The position numbers were made by a program, and so were the translations under genes. A stretch of DNA of 64,000 nt. Origin: Alphaproteobacteria bacterium (lineage in GTDB: Bacteria > Pseudomonadota > Alphaproteobacteria > CASFRQ01 > SAAU01). Below, one piece after another: positions 38,789-50,292 of the stretch. Each line of letters begins with the position of its first letter. The stretch's first letter is position 1. The notes under the pieces were generated by a model. That model saw only the letters and a program-made list of their open reading frames with translations, searched no databases and was not told the origin of the DNA. Where the stretch lies: NCBI GenBank assembly GCA_009929265.1, contig SAAU01000003.1, positions 86,836 to 150,835 of the forward strand. Direction: 5' to 3'.

Positions 38789-39349
38789 ATGCTGAATAAA
38801 AAAACTCTAAATGATTTTGTAAAAGAAGATGAATTAAGGGAATTAATTGGTCCGCATGCCGATTATTACATTGGAAAATGGCGAATTCTTTTTCGAAAAA
38901 CGAATCGTATTAAAAGCGTCAAGCATGGCTTTTCTTTTAATCTATCTGCCTCTTTTTTCCCAGGCGTTTGGTTTATTTATCGGGGGATGTTTTTGGAAGG
39001 CCTCCTTGTGCTTTCTTTTTTAAGCTTTTTTAATTTCCTGACAGAATTTTCTATAGGAATTCCCAATCTTTTGGGCTGGTTTTGTTATATTGGTTTGATT
39101 TTTTATGTTTCTTTTAAAGCAAACAGTCATTATTTTAACTTCTTGGCGAAAAAAATTCGAAAAAACAACTTAAAAAAAGCCCCTCAAAAAAAGAACCTTA
39201 AAACCACCTACTTAAAAGAATCTATCTTTTTTGGTATTCTTTTTGCTTTTATTACTTTTATTCCAGGTTTTATGATGTTAGATTCTATGAGCGCCCATTA
39301 TGACGAAACCTATAAACTTTTACAAGATGAATACTTTTTAGGACTCTAA
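38789..39349 (+). CDS. DUF2628-like membrane protein
   Basis: The start is set at ATG 38789, preceded by AGGAAAGGA. The track's TTG at 38750 is less likely. The motif FSFNLSASFFPGVWFIYRGMFLEGLL resembles DUF2628. Confidence 0.55.
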   Translation: MLNKKTLNDFVKEDELRELIGPHADYYIGKWRILFRKTNRIKSVKHGFSFNLSASFFPGVWFIYRGMFLEGLLVLSFLSFFNFLTEFSIGIPNLLGWFCYIGLIFYVSFKANSHYFNFLAKKIRKNNLKKAPQKKNLKTTYLKESIFFGILFAFITFIPGFMMLDSMSAHYDETYKLLQDEYFLGL

Positions 39350-39517
39350 ATGACCACATTAAAAGAAATGACACAAACCCTTATCGAGCTTAATAAACAG
39401 ATAGAATTTCAAAAGTTTTTCTATCAGGAAACGAATAGAAATCTTTTTTCACTTCAAGATTTCATAAGGGAAAAGACACGAAATCCAGACTTTTTTAAAA
39501 TAAATGAAAAAAAGTAA
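39350..39517 (+). CDS. Small ORF (55 aa), hypothetical
   Basis: Read from the DNA: ATG 39350 directly abuts the upstream TAA (39347-39349). The translation is MTTLKEMTQTLIELNKQIEFQKFFYQETNRNLFSLQDFIREKTRNPDFFKINEKK. It falls below the track cutoff. Confidence 0.25.
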   Translation: MTTLKEMTQTLIELNKQIEFQKFFYQETNRNLFSLQDFIREKTRNPDFFKINEKK

Positions 39518-39526
39518 AAAAAGTGC

Positions 39527-39555
39527 TTGCATAAATTATTTTTTCTTGATAAAAG
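39527..39555 (+). promoter_or_regulatory. Possible promoter for tRNA-Asp
   Basis: TTGCAT (39527-39532), a 17-nt spacer, then TAAAAG (39550-39555), ending 17 nt before the tRNA 5' end. Confidence 0.3.
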
Positions 39556-39572
39556 AGGAGCTACCAAACAAC

Positions 39573-39650
39573 GGGGGTGTAGCTCAGTTTGGTTAGAGCG
39601 ACGGCCTGTCACGCCGTAGGTCGAGGGTTCGAGCCCCTTCACTCCCGCCA
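39573..39650 (+). tRNA. tRNA-Asp (anticodon GTC)
   Basis: GGGGGTGTAGCTCAGTTTGGTTAGAGCGACGGCCTGTCACGCCGTAGGTCGAGGGTTCGAGCCCCTTCACTCCCGCCA folds as a cloverleaf. The anticodon loop is CTGTCAC. The discriminator is G73 and CCA is encoded. Confidence 0.93.
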
Positions 39651-39654
39651 TATT

Positions 39655-39685
39655 AAGCCTTGATTTTTCAAGGCTTTATTTTTTT
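39655..39685 (+). terminator. Rho-independent terminator after tRNA-Asp
   Basis: AAGCCTTGA (39655-39663) pairs perfectly with TCAAGGCTT (39668-39676) around a 4-nt loop. TATTTTTTT follows. Confidence 0.8.
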
Positions 39686-39776
39686 GCCCTTTTGCCAAAT
39701 ACCGTTTTTTCAAAACAAAAAAAGCCCCCTATTTCTAGAGGACTTTTTAAGGATTTTCTTAACATTTAAGAAAACA

Positions 39777-42700
39777 TTATGCGCTTCTTTCTTCCAACTC
39801 ATCCAAGACGATTTCCTTTGCTTTGATATAGTTGAATTTTCCACTTCCCAGTAAAGGAGGTTCTAACGTAAAGGAAATCTTCCGCGGAATTGAAATTTCA
39901 GGCATTTGTTTTTCCTTAAAGAGAACTTTAAGCTCTTCCAAAGAAACGTCTGGACACGTTGTCACCAAAACCAACTGTTCGCCTTTTTTGGAATCTGGCA
40001 CACTGACAATTCCATGAACAAATCCTGTCCATTTTTCAGCAATAACAGTTTCAACAGCTGTTAAAGAAACCATTTCGCCCCCAATTTTGGCAAACCGTTT
40101 CGAACGGCCTTTAATTACAATAAAGCCATCTTCATCAATATCGACAATATCTCCTGTATCATACCATCCATCTGATGGAGGATCTAACTTCATCGGATCT
40201 GTGACGCGCATATAACCCAACATAACGTTTGGCCCTTTTAAAAGAAGTTCTTTTCCTTCCTTAATGCCGTCAACTTCCTTCAATTTATACTCCATCCCAG
40301 GAATAAGTTTCCCAACAGAACCACTTTTATTGAACAAAGGCGTATTTAAGGAAATAACAGGAGAACACTCTGTTGCCCCATAACCTTCCAAAACCCGAGC
40401 ACCAAATTTCTCACTCCAAATACGGCGTGTGCTTTCTTTCACCTTTTCTGCCCCAGAAAGCAAAAGACGAATTGTATTAAAATCATACGGATTTGCACAT
40501 TTCGCATATCCAGCTAAAAATGTATCCGTTCCAAACATAATTGTTGCCTTTACAGAGTTGCAAAGCTCTGGAATAATTCTGTAGTGCAATGGTGTTGGAT
40601 AGAACACCGTTTTAATGCCACAAAGGATAGGTAAGAAAGTTCCAGCAATCAAGCCAAAGGAATGGAACATCGGCAAACTGTTCATCAAGACATCTGTTCC
40701 ATAGACATCGACAGTTGAAACAGCTTGGAATGTATTTCCAATAATATTTTTATGAGACAAGAAAACCGCTTTTGGAAACCCTTCAGAACCCGATGTAAAT
40801 AAAATTGTTGCCGGATCATCTGGGCTGACTTTCTTTCCTTTTAAGACAAATTTATGTGTAAAGCGTGGGAAAAGCGCCCCCATAACCCCAAGCATTTTCA
40901 TCTTAAAGGTTAAGCGTTTAGCCAAAAATTCCAAGCGTTCCACTCGAATTCCTTCGGCCTCTAAGGCTTCAACAATCGCCTCTAACTTCCCTAATTTAAT
41001 CACTTTTTGAGAAGAAATAACGCTTTTAACGCCTGTTGTTTTACAAGCTGCAATAATTTGTGCAATCCCAGCTGAGAAGTTAAGCATTGCAGGAACACGC
41101 CCAAAGCTCATCAACCCATAAATTGTCATTGCGGTCACATTTGCCGTTGGAAGCAAAATCCCAACAGGGCTGTCATCCCGTGGCAAAACCTTTTTCATTA
41201 AACGCCCCAAGACAAAGGATTTCATAAACATTTCCATAAAGGCAACTGGCTTACGCTCTGTATCTTCAATCATCTTTTTAAAGCGCCCTGAGAAAGACAT
41301 TGTATCAATCGTTGCATTAAAGAGTGTTCTGTCAATGTCTCTGGCCTCAAAAGATAAATGAGACAAAATATCGTGAATTAAAGAGCTAATCCGAATTCTT
41401 TCCTCTCTCATTGAATTTTTTTCAATCTTTTGAGGAAGTGTAAAGATAGGCTTAATTTCCAAAGAAATCTTTGGGAACCATCTTGTATATTCTTTTTCTT
41501 TAATTCTAGAGAAGAAAGTATGGGAGGCGCCTTTAATTAAAATCGGAAGCAACTCTGCCTTTGCTTTTTGAGCCATTAACGCAGGGGCTTCATACATCTT
41601 CATTTGCGTATGACCGCCGGCCATTTCCCCCTCAACAAAGAACATACAAAAACGATGAGTCTTCATCTCTTCTGCCATTTCCTTTGCCGCATAAGGGCTG
41701 ATTGGATCTAGAGGACGCACGCGCATCAAAGCCAATAAAGGAATCGTCCAGCGTTTTTTAAAAATCTTTTCATTCACAAAGAAAGTGATTTTTTCTGGAA
41801 CAAACACAGCAATCAACAAGGCATCTATATAAGAAGTATGGTTTGCTAAGATAAGAACCCTATCCCCTGCCTTATGGATATTTTCAATGCCTTCCACCCG
41901 AACAGAGAATAATTTTTTCAAAACAAACTTGAAAAATTTTCTTTTCTTTTCATCAGGGAGAACTTCAAACATATAAAAGGAGAAAAACATACTCATCAAA
42001 GCAAAAAAGAAATACACCATACTTAAAGAAACAGAGATGCTTAGAAACGCAAGGGCAATCAACATTCCAGAAATACTTGCCGCTGCATTTAAGCAATTAC
42101 TAATCCCAAAGATTTGCCCCATAATGTTTTGAACTTTAAGCTTTTGAAGCATTGTATATAAAGGAATGGTATAAAGAGCCATAAAAAGGCCGATTGTGAA
42201 TAAATCAAAACCAAGACGAAGGTTTTTAAAATCTTCAATAAATTGGAAAAATCCCATTTGCAAAGAAACCACTTCAACATGGCGACTTGCAAAAACAAAA
42301 TCCATCAAGAAAAGGGACGCAAAGAACAAACTAAACGGCACAAAAAAGGCAATATTTCTGTCTGACTTTAATTTTGAAAGCAAGAAGGAGCCCACAATAA
42401 AACCTGCTGAAAAAATACCGACAAGAAGCGCCACAACACTTACGTTTGAGAAAAGAACATCTTCCACAAAAGTATTTAGAAAATAAACATAAACCCCTCC
42501 AATGAACCAAACCCAAGCAATGCCGAGGAGATACATTAAAATATTTTTATGATCTCTTTCTTCAAAAAGAAAAGAGGAAATTCGGCGGGTTGGAAAAAGG
42601 TGAAGCTGCATATCTTTATTCTTTTGTTCACTTGGAATAACACGTGAAACAGAAAGGAAGGAAAGGAAAGATGCTCCCATTGCCAAAATAAAAATACTTG

Positions 42701-43202
42701 AAACAAAAAGCTCTTTAGAAGGATATACATAAACAAAAAGCCCCGCAATAAGAGCCGCAATATAGGTGCTTGGCTTTACGAAAATGTTGCTTTCTAAAAG
42801 TTTTGTGGAAGGCAATTGTTCGGAGAAAAGAGAATACGTTAAAATCCGTGCAAAGCTTGTTTTTACCCCTAGTCCAGCAACAGATAGAATCAGCAAGAAA
42901 GGACTTTCAAGTAAAAATCCAAAATAACAAATCGTTAAAAGGACAACTTCTGCCCCTCTGACAATTCGGATAAGCTTTGAACGTTGATATTTATCAACAA
43001 GTTGACCTAAAAGCGGGGCCGTTAAGAAAAACGATAAAAAATAAATCGAGCTTATCGTAAAAATGTGAAAAAAATTGTCCTGCAGTAAATTAAACACGAC
43101 AGAAAAGAGAAATAAATCCTGCACAAGTGCCGATGAAAAAGCACTTAAAAAATGAGAGGAAAACAAAGGGAAAAAACGTTTATCTTTGAAGAATTTTAAC
43201 AT
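39777..43202 (-). CDS. aas: Fused lysophospholipid transporter (MFS, LplT-like) / 2-acyl-GPE acyltransferase / acyl-ACP synthetase (Aas)
   Basis: 1141 aa. The N-terminal ~400 aa form a 12-TM MFS-like region. A PlsC-type HX4D acyltransferase motif follows (ANHTSYIDAL). An adenylate-forming domain follows that (FTSGSEGFPKAV, YGATE, GWYDTGD). Confidence 0.85.
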   Translation of the reverse strand: MLKFFKDKRFFPLFSSHFLSAFSSALVQDLFLFSVVFNLLQDNFFHIFTISSIYFLSFFLTAPLLGQLVDKYQRSKLIRIVRGAEVVLLTICYFGFLLESPFLLILSVAGLGVKTSFARILTYSLFSEQLPSTKLLESNIFVKPSTYIAALIAGLFVYVYPSKELFVSSIFILAMGASFLSFLSVSRVIPSEQKNKDMQLHLFPTRRISSFLFEERDHKNILMYLLGIAWVWFIGGVYVYFLNTFVEDVLFSNVSVVALLVGIFSAGFIVGSFLLSKLKSDRNIAFFVPFSLFFASLFLMDFVFASRHVEVVSLQMGFFQFIEDFKNLRLGFDLFTIGLFMALYTIPLYTMLQKLKVQNIMGQIFGISNCLNAAASISGMLIALAFLSISVSLSMVYFFFALMSMFFSFYMFEVLPDEKKRKFFKFVLKKLFSVRVEGIENIHKAGDRVLILANHTSYIDALLIAVFVPEKITFFVNEKIFKKRWTIPLLALMRVRPLDPISPYAAKEMAEEMKTHRFCMFFVEGEMAGGHTQMKMYEAPALMAQKAKAELLPILIKGASHTFFSRIKEKEYTRWFPKISLEIKPIFTLPQKIEKNSMREERIRISSLIHDILSHLSFEARDIDRTLFNATIDTMSFSGRFKKMIEDTERKPVAFMEMFMKSFVLGRLMKKVLPRDDSPVGILLPTANVTAMTIYGLMSFGRVPAMLNFSAGIAQIIAACKTTGVKSVISSQKVIKLGKLEAIVEALEAEGIRVERLEFLAKRLTFKMKMLGVMGALFPRFTHKFVLKGKKVSPDDPATILFTSGSEGFPKAVFLSHKNIIGNTFQAVSTVDVYGTDVLMNSLPMFHSFGLIAGTFLPILCGIKTVFYPTPLHYRIIPELCNSVKATIMFGTDTFLAGYAKCANPYDFNTIRLLLSGAEKVKESTRRIWSEKFGARVLEGYGATECSPVISLNTPLFNKSGSVGKLIPGMEYKLKEVDGIKEGKELLLKGPNVMLGYMRVTDPMKLDPPSDGWYDTGDIVDIDEDGFIVIKGRSKRFAKIGGEMVSLTAVETVIAEKWTGFVHGIVSVPDSKKGEQLVLVTTCPDVSLEELKVLFKEKQMPEISIPRKISFTLEPPLLGSGKFNYIKAKEIVLDELEERSA

Positions 43203-43386
43203 AAAAACATCCTTAAATTTCTGTTAATCCAAGCTACCTATTTTTCTTCTTTAGCATATTTTGTGACGGAAAACTAGTCCGTTTTATCAGAAAGATAAAA
43301 AAGCGCCGAATTTTGAAAAGATTTATTGAAATTTCCTCTAAATGTGATACAAAGAAGAACATCTTAAATTTATTAAGGAGATCCAA

Positions 43387-44145
43387 ATGAGACGATTGCT
43401 TATTGCTGGAAACTGGAAAATGAATGGCCTTTCTCAAGAAGGCAAAACTTTGGTAGAGGAAATTTCCTCTTTTTTAAAGACAACCACAAATCCTGATTTT
43501 GACATGCTTGTTTGTCCTCCTTTTACATTGATTGGGCAAACTTGCGCCTTAGCAAAAGATTCTTCTTTATCTGTAGGGGGGCAAGACTGCTCTTTTTACG
43601 ATAAAGGGGCCCACACAGGGGAAGTTAGCGCCGCTATGTTAAAGGATATCGGGTGTTCTTATGTTATTGTTGGGCACTCTGAAAGACGCGCCAACCATGG
43701 AGAAACAAACGAAATTGTGGCCTTGAAAGCTCAAAAAGCTTTGGAAGAAGGCCTTAAAGTTATTATTTGTGTTGGCGAAACAGAACAAGAACGTGTTTCG
43801 GGCAAAATGCTTAAAGTCATTGAAACACAAGTCAGAGATTCCCTTCCTTTGAATGCAACATCTGAAAACACAGTCATTGCCTATGAACCCATTTGGGCTA
43901 TTGGAACAGGAAAAACAGCCACCCCAGAAGATGTGGCCGAAGTTCACAAATTTATCCGTTCCCAAATTGAATCTTTAAAAGGAAAAGACGTTGCCGACAA
44001 AATGCGTCTTCTTTATGGCGGATCTGTAAAACCAAACAATGCTAAGGAACTTCTTTCATTAGAAGATGTTGATGGCGCTTTGGTTGGGGGCGCTAGCCTT
44101 AAAAGTAAAGATTTTTGTGCCATTGCGACACGTCAAAACGATTAG
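43387..44145 (+). CDS. tpiA: Triosephosphate isomerase
   Basis: 252 aa. Motifs are AGNWKMNG, VGHSERR and AYEPIWAIGTGKTA. Confidence 0.96.
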   Translation: MRRLLIAGNWKMNGLSQEGKTLVEEISSFLKTTTNPDFDMLVCPPFTLIGQTCALAKDSSLSVGGQDCSFYDKGAHTGEVSAAMLKDIGCSYVIVGHSERRANHGETNEIVALKAQKALEEGLKVIICVGETEQERVSGKMLKVIETQVRDSLPLNATSENTVIAYEPIWAIGTGKTATPEDVAEVHKFIRSQIESLKGKDVADKMRLLYGGSVKPNNAKELLSLEDVDGALVGGASLKSKDFCAIATRQND

Positions 44146-44159
44146 AAAGGATTTCTTAT

Positions 44160-44495
44160 ATGCAAAGTGTACTTGTTGTACTTCAAATTATTTTAGCCGT
44201 TTTTTTAATCGGCCTTGTTCTTATTCAACGCACAGATGATAGCTCCATGGGCGGACTTGGTGGCGGAATGGGCGGAAACAGCCTCATTTCCAGAAGATCT
44301 GCGGGAAATCTTTTAACACGGATGACCACTTTGATTGCTCTTTTCTTTGCGTTAACATCCTTGGGACTAACTATTTTAGCCCAAAGAGAGGTTAAATCCC
44401 CTTCTTTACTGGAGAAAATACCAACGGAAAAAGCAGCGCCGCTTAATACTCCTGTTCAATCAGGGGAAAGTCAAAAACCTGCTCAATCAGAATAA
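44160..44495 (+). CDS. secG: Preprotein translocase subunit SecG
   Basis: The start is set at ATG 44160 (MQSVLVVLQIILAVFLIGLVLIQR), which avoids an overlap with tpiA. It has two TMs separated by a Gly-rich loop (GGLGGGMGG). The tpiA-secG order is conserved. Confidence 0.85.
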   Translation: MQSVLVVLQIILAVFLIGLVLIQRTDDSSMGGLGGGMGGNSLISRRSAGNLLTRMTTLIALFFALTSLGLTILAQREVKSPSLLEKIPTEKAAPLNTPVQSGESQKPAQSE

Positions 44496-44521
44496 GTTAT
44501 TTATTATAAAGGAGTTTTCTT

Positions 44522-46646
<2,125 letters not shown>

Positions 46647-46669
46647 TTTTTCCAAAACTTAAAGGAAAA

Positions 46670-46698
46670 GGGCTCTTTTTGGAAAGGGTCCTTTTTTT
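46670..46698 (+). terminator. Rho-independent terminator of eno
   Basis: GGGCTCTTT (46670-46678) pairs with AAAGGGTCC (46683-46691), including two G:U pairs, around a 4-nt loop. Seven T follow. Confidence 0.7.
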
Positions 46699-46787
46699 GT
46701 TTTGACATCTTTATTGACAAATATTAAAAAACAGCCTATCCTTTTAATTGAAATTACCCAATCATTCTATATAGAAGGGAGAACACA

Positions 46788-48038
46788 ATGAAATGTTTTG
46801 GAATCAGAAATTATCGTAGAGGCGATGAAAACCAAGCCAACACTTTAGGTCTTTCATTAACAGACGATAAAAATTTTAAACACAGAGAATTTCTTTTAGA
46901 AACTTCAACAGGGAAACCTTTGGTTTTTAGCGAATTTGAAAATTATCAATCTTTTAAGAAAGAAATTTTTAGAACATTAGAAGCTGCAAAAATAAAAGAA
47001 GAGGATATCATTCCTGATACTTTTATTCTTCCTTCTGATCAAGGGAATCAAGAAGTTGCCATCAAAAATGTTGATATGATGTGTAAAGCTGTTCGTGATT
47101 ATTATCAAGAAAATGAAGCACTTAAGAAAAAAGTTCCTCATTTAAAAACCATCGTTTTCAATAGTTTTTCAGCCTCTTACGAAAATGTTGATTATGCTTG
47201 TGTTTCAAGACATTCTATTGACGAGACACTTCCTTTAAAAGAAGGCTCCCAAACATACATTCCTGTGGAAGGCATTATGAGCCCTTTCAACAAAATCGTC
47301 ATTTCACAAAGTTATGAATCTATGCGCAAAAAACCAGATTTTAGAAGAGAAATGGCTTTGAAAAATCAAAAAGCTCCAAATGCTGTTTTCTGTCTTGGCG
47401 GCCGTGTCGACAACCCAACGACAATGCCTTTTGATTTGGATGTTGCTCAAGATATTTTATCAAAAGCAAAAACATTCACCCAAAAAGGATACAACGTCTT
47501 TATCGTTAATGGTCCAAGAACACCAGCCGATGTTTCGGATTACCTTTATGAAGAAGCCTCTAAAATTGACGGGATGCGCTTTTATAATTCAAAGAGTATT
47601 GGGGAAGAAAATGATGAAAACTTCCGCAACTATCCTGCTAATGGTGTCCATGCAAAAGAGTTTAAGGATCAAACTGAAAACTTAGGTGGCATTTATCGTG
47701 CTTTGCTTTATCCAGAAAATACTGTTGTGGTTCACACATATGATTCTTTTGCCGGTTGTGAAACTTCTCAAGCCAATATTCCAACGCTTATTTACAAAGG
47801 GAAATTCAAAATTGACAAAGAAGTTCGTCCTGATTGCTATAAATTGTATGATATTTTAACAGAAAATAAATACGCTTCTGATGTCGATACGTTCTTAGCT
47901 CAAGACAAAGAACCAAAAGATTATGAATTTACACCTCTTCCTCCTGTTGCAGAAAAGATTGCTTCTGAAATCAAAAAATATGATTCTCAAAAAAGAGCGC
48001 TTTTCATGTCAAAAATGACGGAAAAAGACAGAGGGTAA
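46788..48038 (+). CDS. ELM1-family (mitochondrial-fission-ELM1 / DUF1022-like, glycosyltransferase-fold) protein
   Basis: 416 aa. Three blocks follow the pattern I recall for ELM1 homologs. N-terminal: RRGDENQANTLGLSL (compare G-x-ENQ-x-x-GL). Central: VFCLGGRVDNPTTMPFDLDVAQDIL...YNVFIVNGPRTPADVSDYL (compare GGxxxN...SRRTP). Distal: VVVHTYDSFAGCETSQANIPTLIY (compare T-x-DS-x-SM-x-SEA...P-V). Confidence 0.5.
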   Translation: MKCFGIRNYRRGDENQANTLGLSLTDDKNFKHREFLLETSTGKPLVFSEFENYQSFKKEIFRTLEAAKIKEEDIIPDTFILPSDQGNQEVAIKNVDMMCKAVRDYYQENEALKKKVPHLKTIVFNSFSASYENVDYACVSRHSIDETLPLKEGSQTYIPVEGIMSPFNKIVISQSYESMRKKPDFRREMALKNQKAPNAVFCLGGRVDNPTTMPFDLDVAQDILSKAKTFTQKGYNVFIVNGPRTPADVSDYLYEEASKIDGMRFYNSKSIGEENDENFRNYPANGVHAKEFKDQTENLGGIYRALLYPENTVVVHTYDSFAGCETSQANIPTLIYKGKFKIDKEVRPDCYKLYDILTENKYASDVDTFLAQDKEPKDYEFTPLPPVAEKIASEIKKYDSQKRALFMSKMTEKDRG

Positions 48039-48059
48039 TTCAAAAACTTTATAACGAAA

Positions 48060-48091
48060 GGGGCTCTTTTTTAAAAAGAGTCCCTTTTTTT
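48060..48091 (+). terminator. Rho-independent terminator after ELM1-like gene
   Basis: GGGGCTCTTT (48060-48069) pairs with AAAGAGTCCC (48075-48084), with one G:U pair. Seven T follow. Confidence 0.75.
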
Positions 48092-48122
48092 ATTTAAAAA
48101 GATTAAATATTTTTAATTTCTT

Positions 48123-48875
48123 TTACCCGATTTGAATATCAATGCCTTCATTTTGAAGGACAATAATCAATTCATCTAAGAAATTTTGTTCGTTTTTATG
48201 CACAACGCCATCAGAAAGAATCAAACGAATCACCGTCTCCATAAAGAGTTTAATTTCCCAATTTTCCTTATTTAAAAGGTAAAGCATCGCTTCATAAAAA
48301 CAACTTTCATCTGGGATTAAGCTCTTAATATACGTCCTCACCTCTTCTGGATTATATTTCAGATCCCCACATTTGCGCGCCACATAATCCAAAATTAAAT
48401 CTTCCTCCGATCCATCGCGATGTCCATCAATTAAAGCCAAATAGGTCAGTGCTGTAATTTCGGGACGTGTCCTTAATAGCACCAAAGAAAATTGAGAAAA
48501 ATTTTCAGGCTTATTTTCCAAATCAACCCCAACACTTTTTAACAAAAAGCTATATGGATTTCTGAAAATAACTTTTCTTACCGTATCTTTAATTTCTTGA
48601 ATAGATGAGATTTTAACAAGTTTTGGGGCCTTTTTTTCTATATCCAAAACATCTAAAAAAACATCCTCTTTAATTTTAATCACACGGCGCAATAACGCCT
48701 CAAACAACTCGGTTTTACCTAAATTATCTGTCGTTTTAAGGACAAGTTTCAGCGAAATTCCGGCCACCAAAACTCCTTTTTGTGGCTGAATTGTTCTTTG
48801 TATCGATACATCTTCTTCATCATTTTTATGAGAAAATTTCGTAAATAAAGAAAGAAGGGAATTTTTATTTTTCAT
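48123..48875 (-). CDS. Hypothetical protein with two TerB-like DG-x5-E helical motifs
   Basis: 250 aa. It carries LALIDGHRDGSEEDLILDYV and LILSDGVVHKNEQNFLDELI. It is the last gene of the MoxR operon, 27 nt after DUF4381 with an AAAGAGG ribosome-binding site. I see no VWA motif. Confidence 0.45.
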   Translation of the reverse strand: MKNKNSLLSLFTKFSHKNDEEDVSIQRTIQPQKGVLVAGISLKLVLKTTDNLGKTELFEALLRRVIKIKEDVFLDVLDIEKKAPKLVKISSIQEIKDTVRKVIFRNPYSFLLKSVGVDLENKPENFSQFSLVLLRTRPEITALTYLALIDGHRDGSEEDLILDYVARKCGDLKYNPEEVRTYIKSLIPDESCFYEAMLYLLNKENWEIKLFMETVIRLILSDGVVHKNEQNFLDELIIVLQNEGIDIQIG

Positions 48876-48902
48876 TTTAAAACCTCTTTTTATAATCTTT
48901 TA

Positions 48903-49379
48903 TTAAAACACTGATGTATTTTTTATAATCCATCTTTTGGTAAAATCATAGAGCTTTTTCATTTTTTCTTCTTGCCCTTTTTGTTTGATTTTCTTTTTGT
49001 AAGGCGCTGTTGTAAAGACATCTTCTATTTCTAATGGCAAGAGGACATCCGTTTTTTCATTTAAAAAGCAAATCCATTCCGCCCCAAAAAGAGAGGCTAT
49101 TTTTTGTTTTTTGTATTTTTTAAGGGCCACCCGCTTAAGCAAAATTGATACTTGAGTTGCAAAAGAAAAAACATCCTCTTTGTATAATTTTTCATAAAAA
49201 TCTAATAGTCTTAACGCGTACTTTCTAGAAGAATTATGATATAAAACCCCTAAAAATCCCGCAATAAGAAAAAGCAATAAAATAAACAACACCAAAGACA
49301 ACGCCCCCGCGGATAAGGGTAAAAAGGAAGGCATAACGGGCGCGTGCACCCCTTTAAGGGCGGATAAATCAACGTTCAT
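48903..49379 (-). CDS. DUF4381-like single-pass membrane protein
   Basis: 158 aa. The TM LSLVLFILLLFLIAGFLGVLY is followed by SSRKYALRLLD. It overlaps DUF58 by 11 nt, in the usual position within MoxR/Bat-type operons. Confidence 0.6.
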   Translation of the reverse strand: MNVDLSALKGVHAPVMPSFLPLSAGALSLVLFILLLFLIAGFLGVLYHNSSRKYALRLLDFYEKLYKEDVFSFATQVSILLKRVALKKYKKQKIASLFGAEWICFLNEKTDVLLPLEIEDVFTTAPYKKKIKQKGQEEKMKKLYDFTKRWIIKNTSVF

Positions 49380-50292
49380 TTTTTTGTCCTCTTAGAAAAG
49401 TCAATGAAAAGTCTTCCGTTTCTGTTGAAAGAAAAATCATTTTTGCTTTCGCTCGTGCGGCTATTTTTTTCACCCGTTCTTTTCGATTTTTAAAAGATAT
49501 TGCATAGGTTTTTTGAAAGCTTTTTGATAGCGTATTGACGCTAAGATTGACCTTTTTATCGGAAAAAGTAAAAATTCCCTTTGGCATTTTTTCCTCCAAC
49601 CTATCATAAATAAAAACAAGGACGACTTCCGCCTTTTTGGAAAGGGAAAATAATCGCTTTTCAAAGGTCTCATCTACATGATAAAAATCACTGATAATAA
49701 AAACTTTCTCCCCTGTTTTTAAGGTTAAAGCCACTTTTTTTAACGCCGCATTCATCCTGTCTAAAGAAAGTTGTTCCGCCTCTTTTTCCTCTAACTTCGT
49801 AATCTGGCTCAACGCCTTGATTATCTGCATTAAATGAGCCCGGCTAGAGGCGCGTTGAAAAGAAACCTCCCTATTTTCATCTAAAAGGATTGCCCCAACT
49901 TTTTCTTTATTTTCAAAGGCATAAAAGGAAATAAAAGAAGCCAATTTTGCGGCCAAAACAGATTTAAATTGCCCCCTTGTTCCAAACTTCATTGACTTTT
50001 GAAAATCACACACCAAGAAAAAAGGCCGTCCCTTTTCCTGATGAAAAAGCTTTGTATAGGGTTTTTGATACTTTGCCGTTAAACGCCAGTCAATCGAACG
50101 AATATCGTCCCCTTCTTGATAGGCGCGCACTTCGTTAAATTCCATCCCTTCCCCTTTTTGCAAAGAGGACGTTTCGCCCACCTCAGACAAGTGTCGTTTT
50201 CGTTTAGAAAGCTCTTCAAAGCGCTCCACCCTCTTTCTTTGTTTTAAAAGAAGATTAAAGGACGCTTCCACTTTGTCAGATTGATGCTCCAT
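49369..50292 (-). CDS. DUF58 domain protein (MoxR-associated)
   Basis: 307 aa. The DUF58 core motif is GMEFNEVRAYQEGDDIRSIDWRLTAKYQKPYTKLF. Its start codon shares one nucleotide with the moxR stop (TAATG). Confidence 0.85.
   Translation of the reverse strand: MEHQSDKVEASFNLLLKQRKRVERFEELSKRKRHLSEVGETSSLQKGEGMEFNEVRAYQEGDDIRSIDWRLTAKYQKPYTKLFHQEKGRPFFLVCDFQKSMKFGTRGQFKSVLAAKLASFISFYAFENKEKVGAILLDENREVSFQRASSRAHLMQIIKALSQITKLEEKEAEQLSLDRMNAALKKVALTLKTGEKVFIISDFYHVDETFEKRLFSLSKKAEVVLVFIYDRLEEKMPKGIFTFSDKKVNLSVNTLSKSFQKTYAISFKNRKERVKKIAARAKAKMIFLSTETEDFSLTFLRGQKNER

Noticed and set aside
39454-39651. 65-aa minus-strand ORF
   Set aside because: It is the antisense of tRNA-Asp and its promoter region. 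The tRNA fold explains the sequence.
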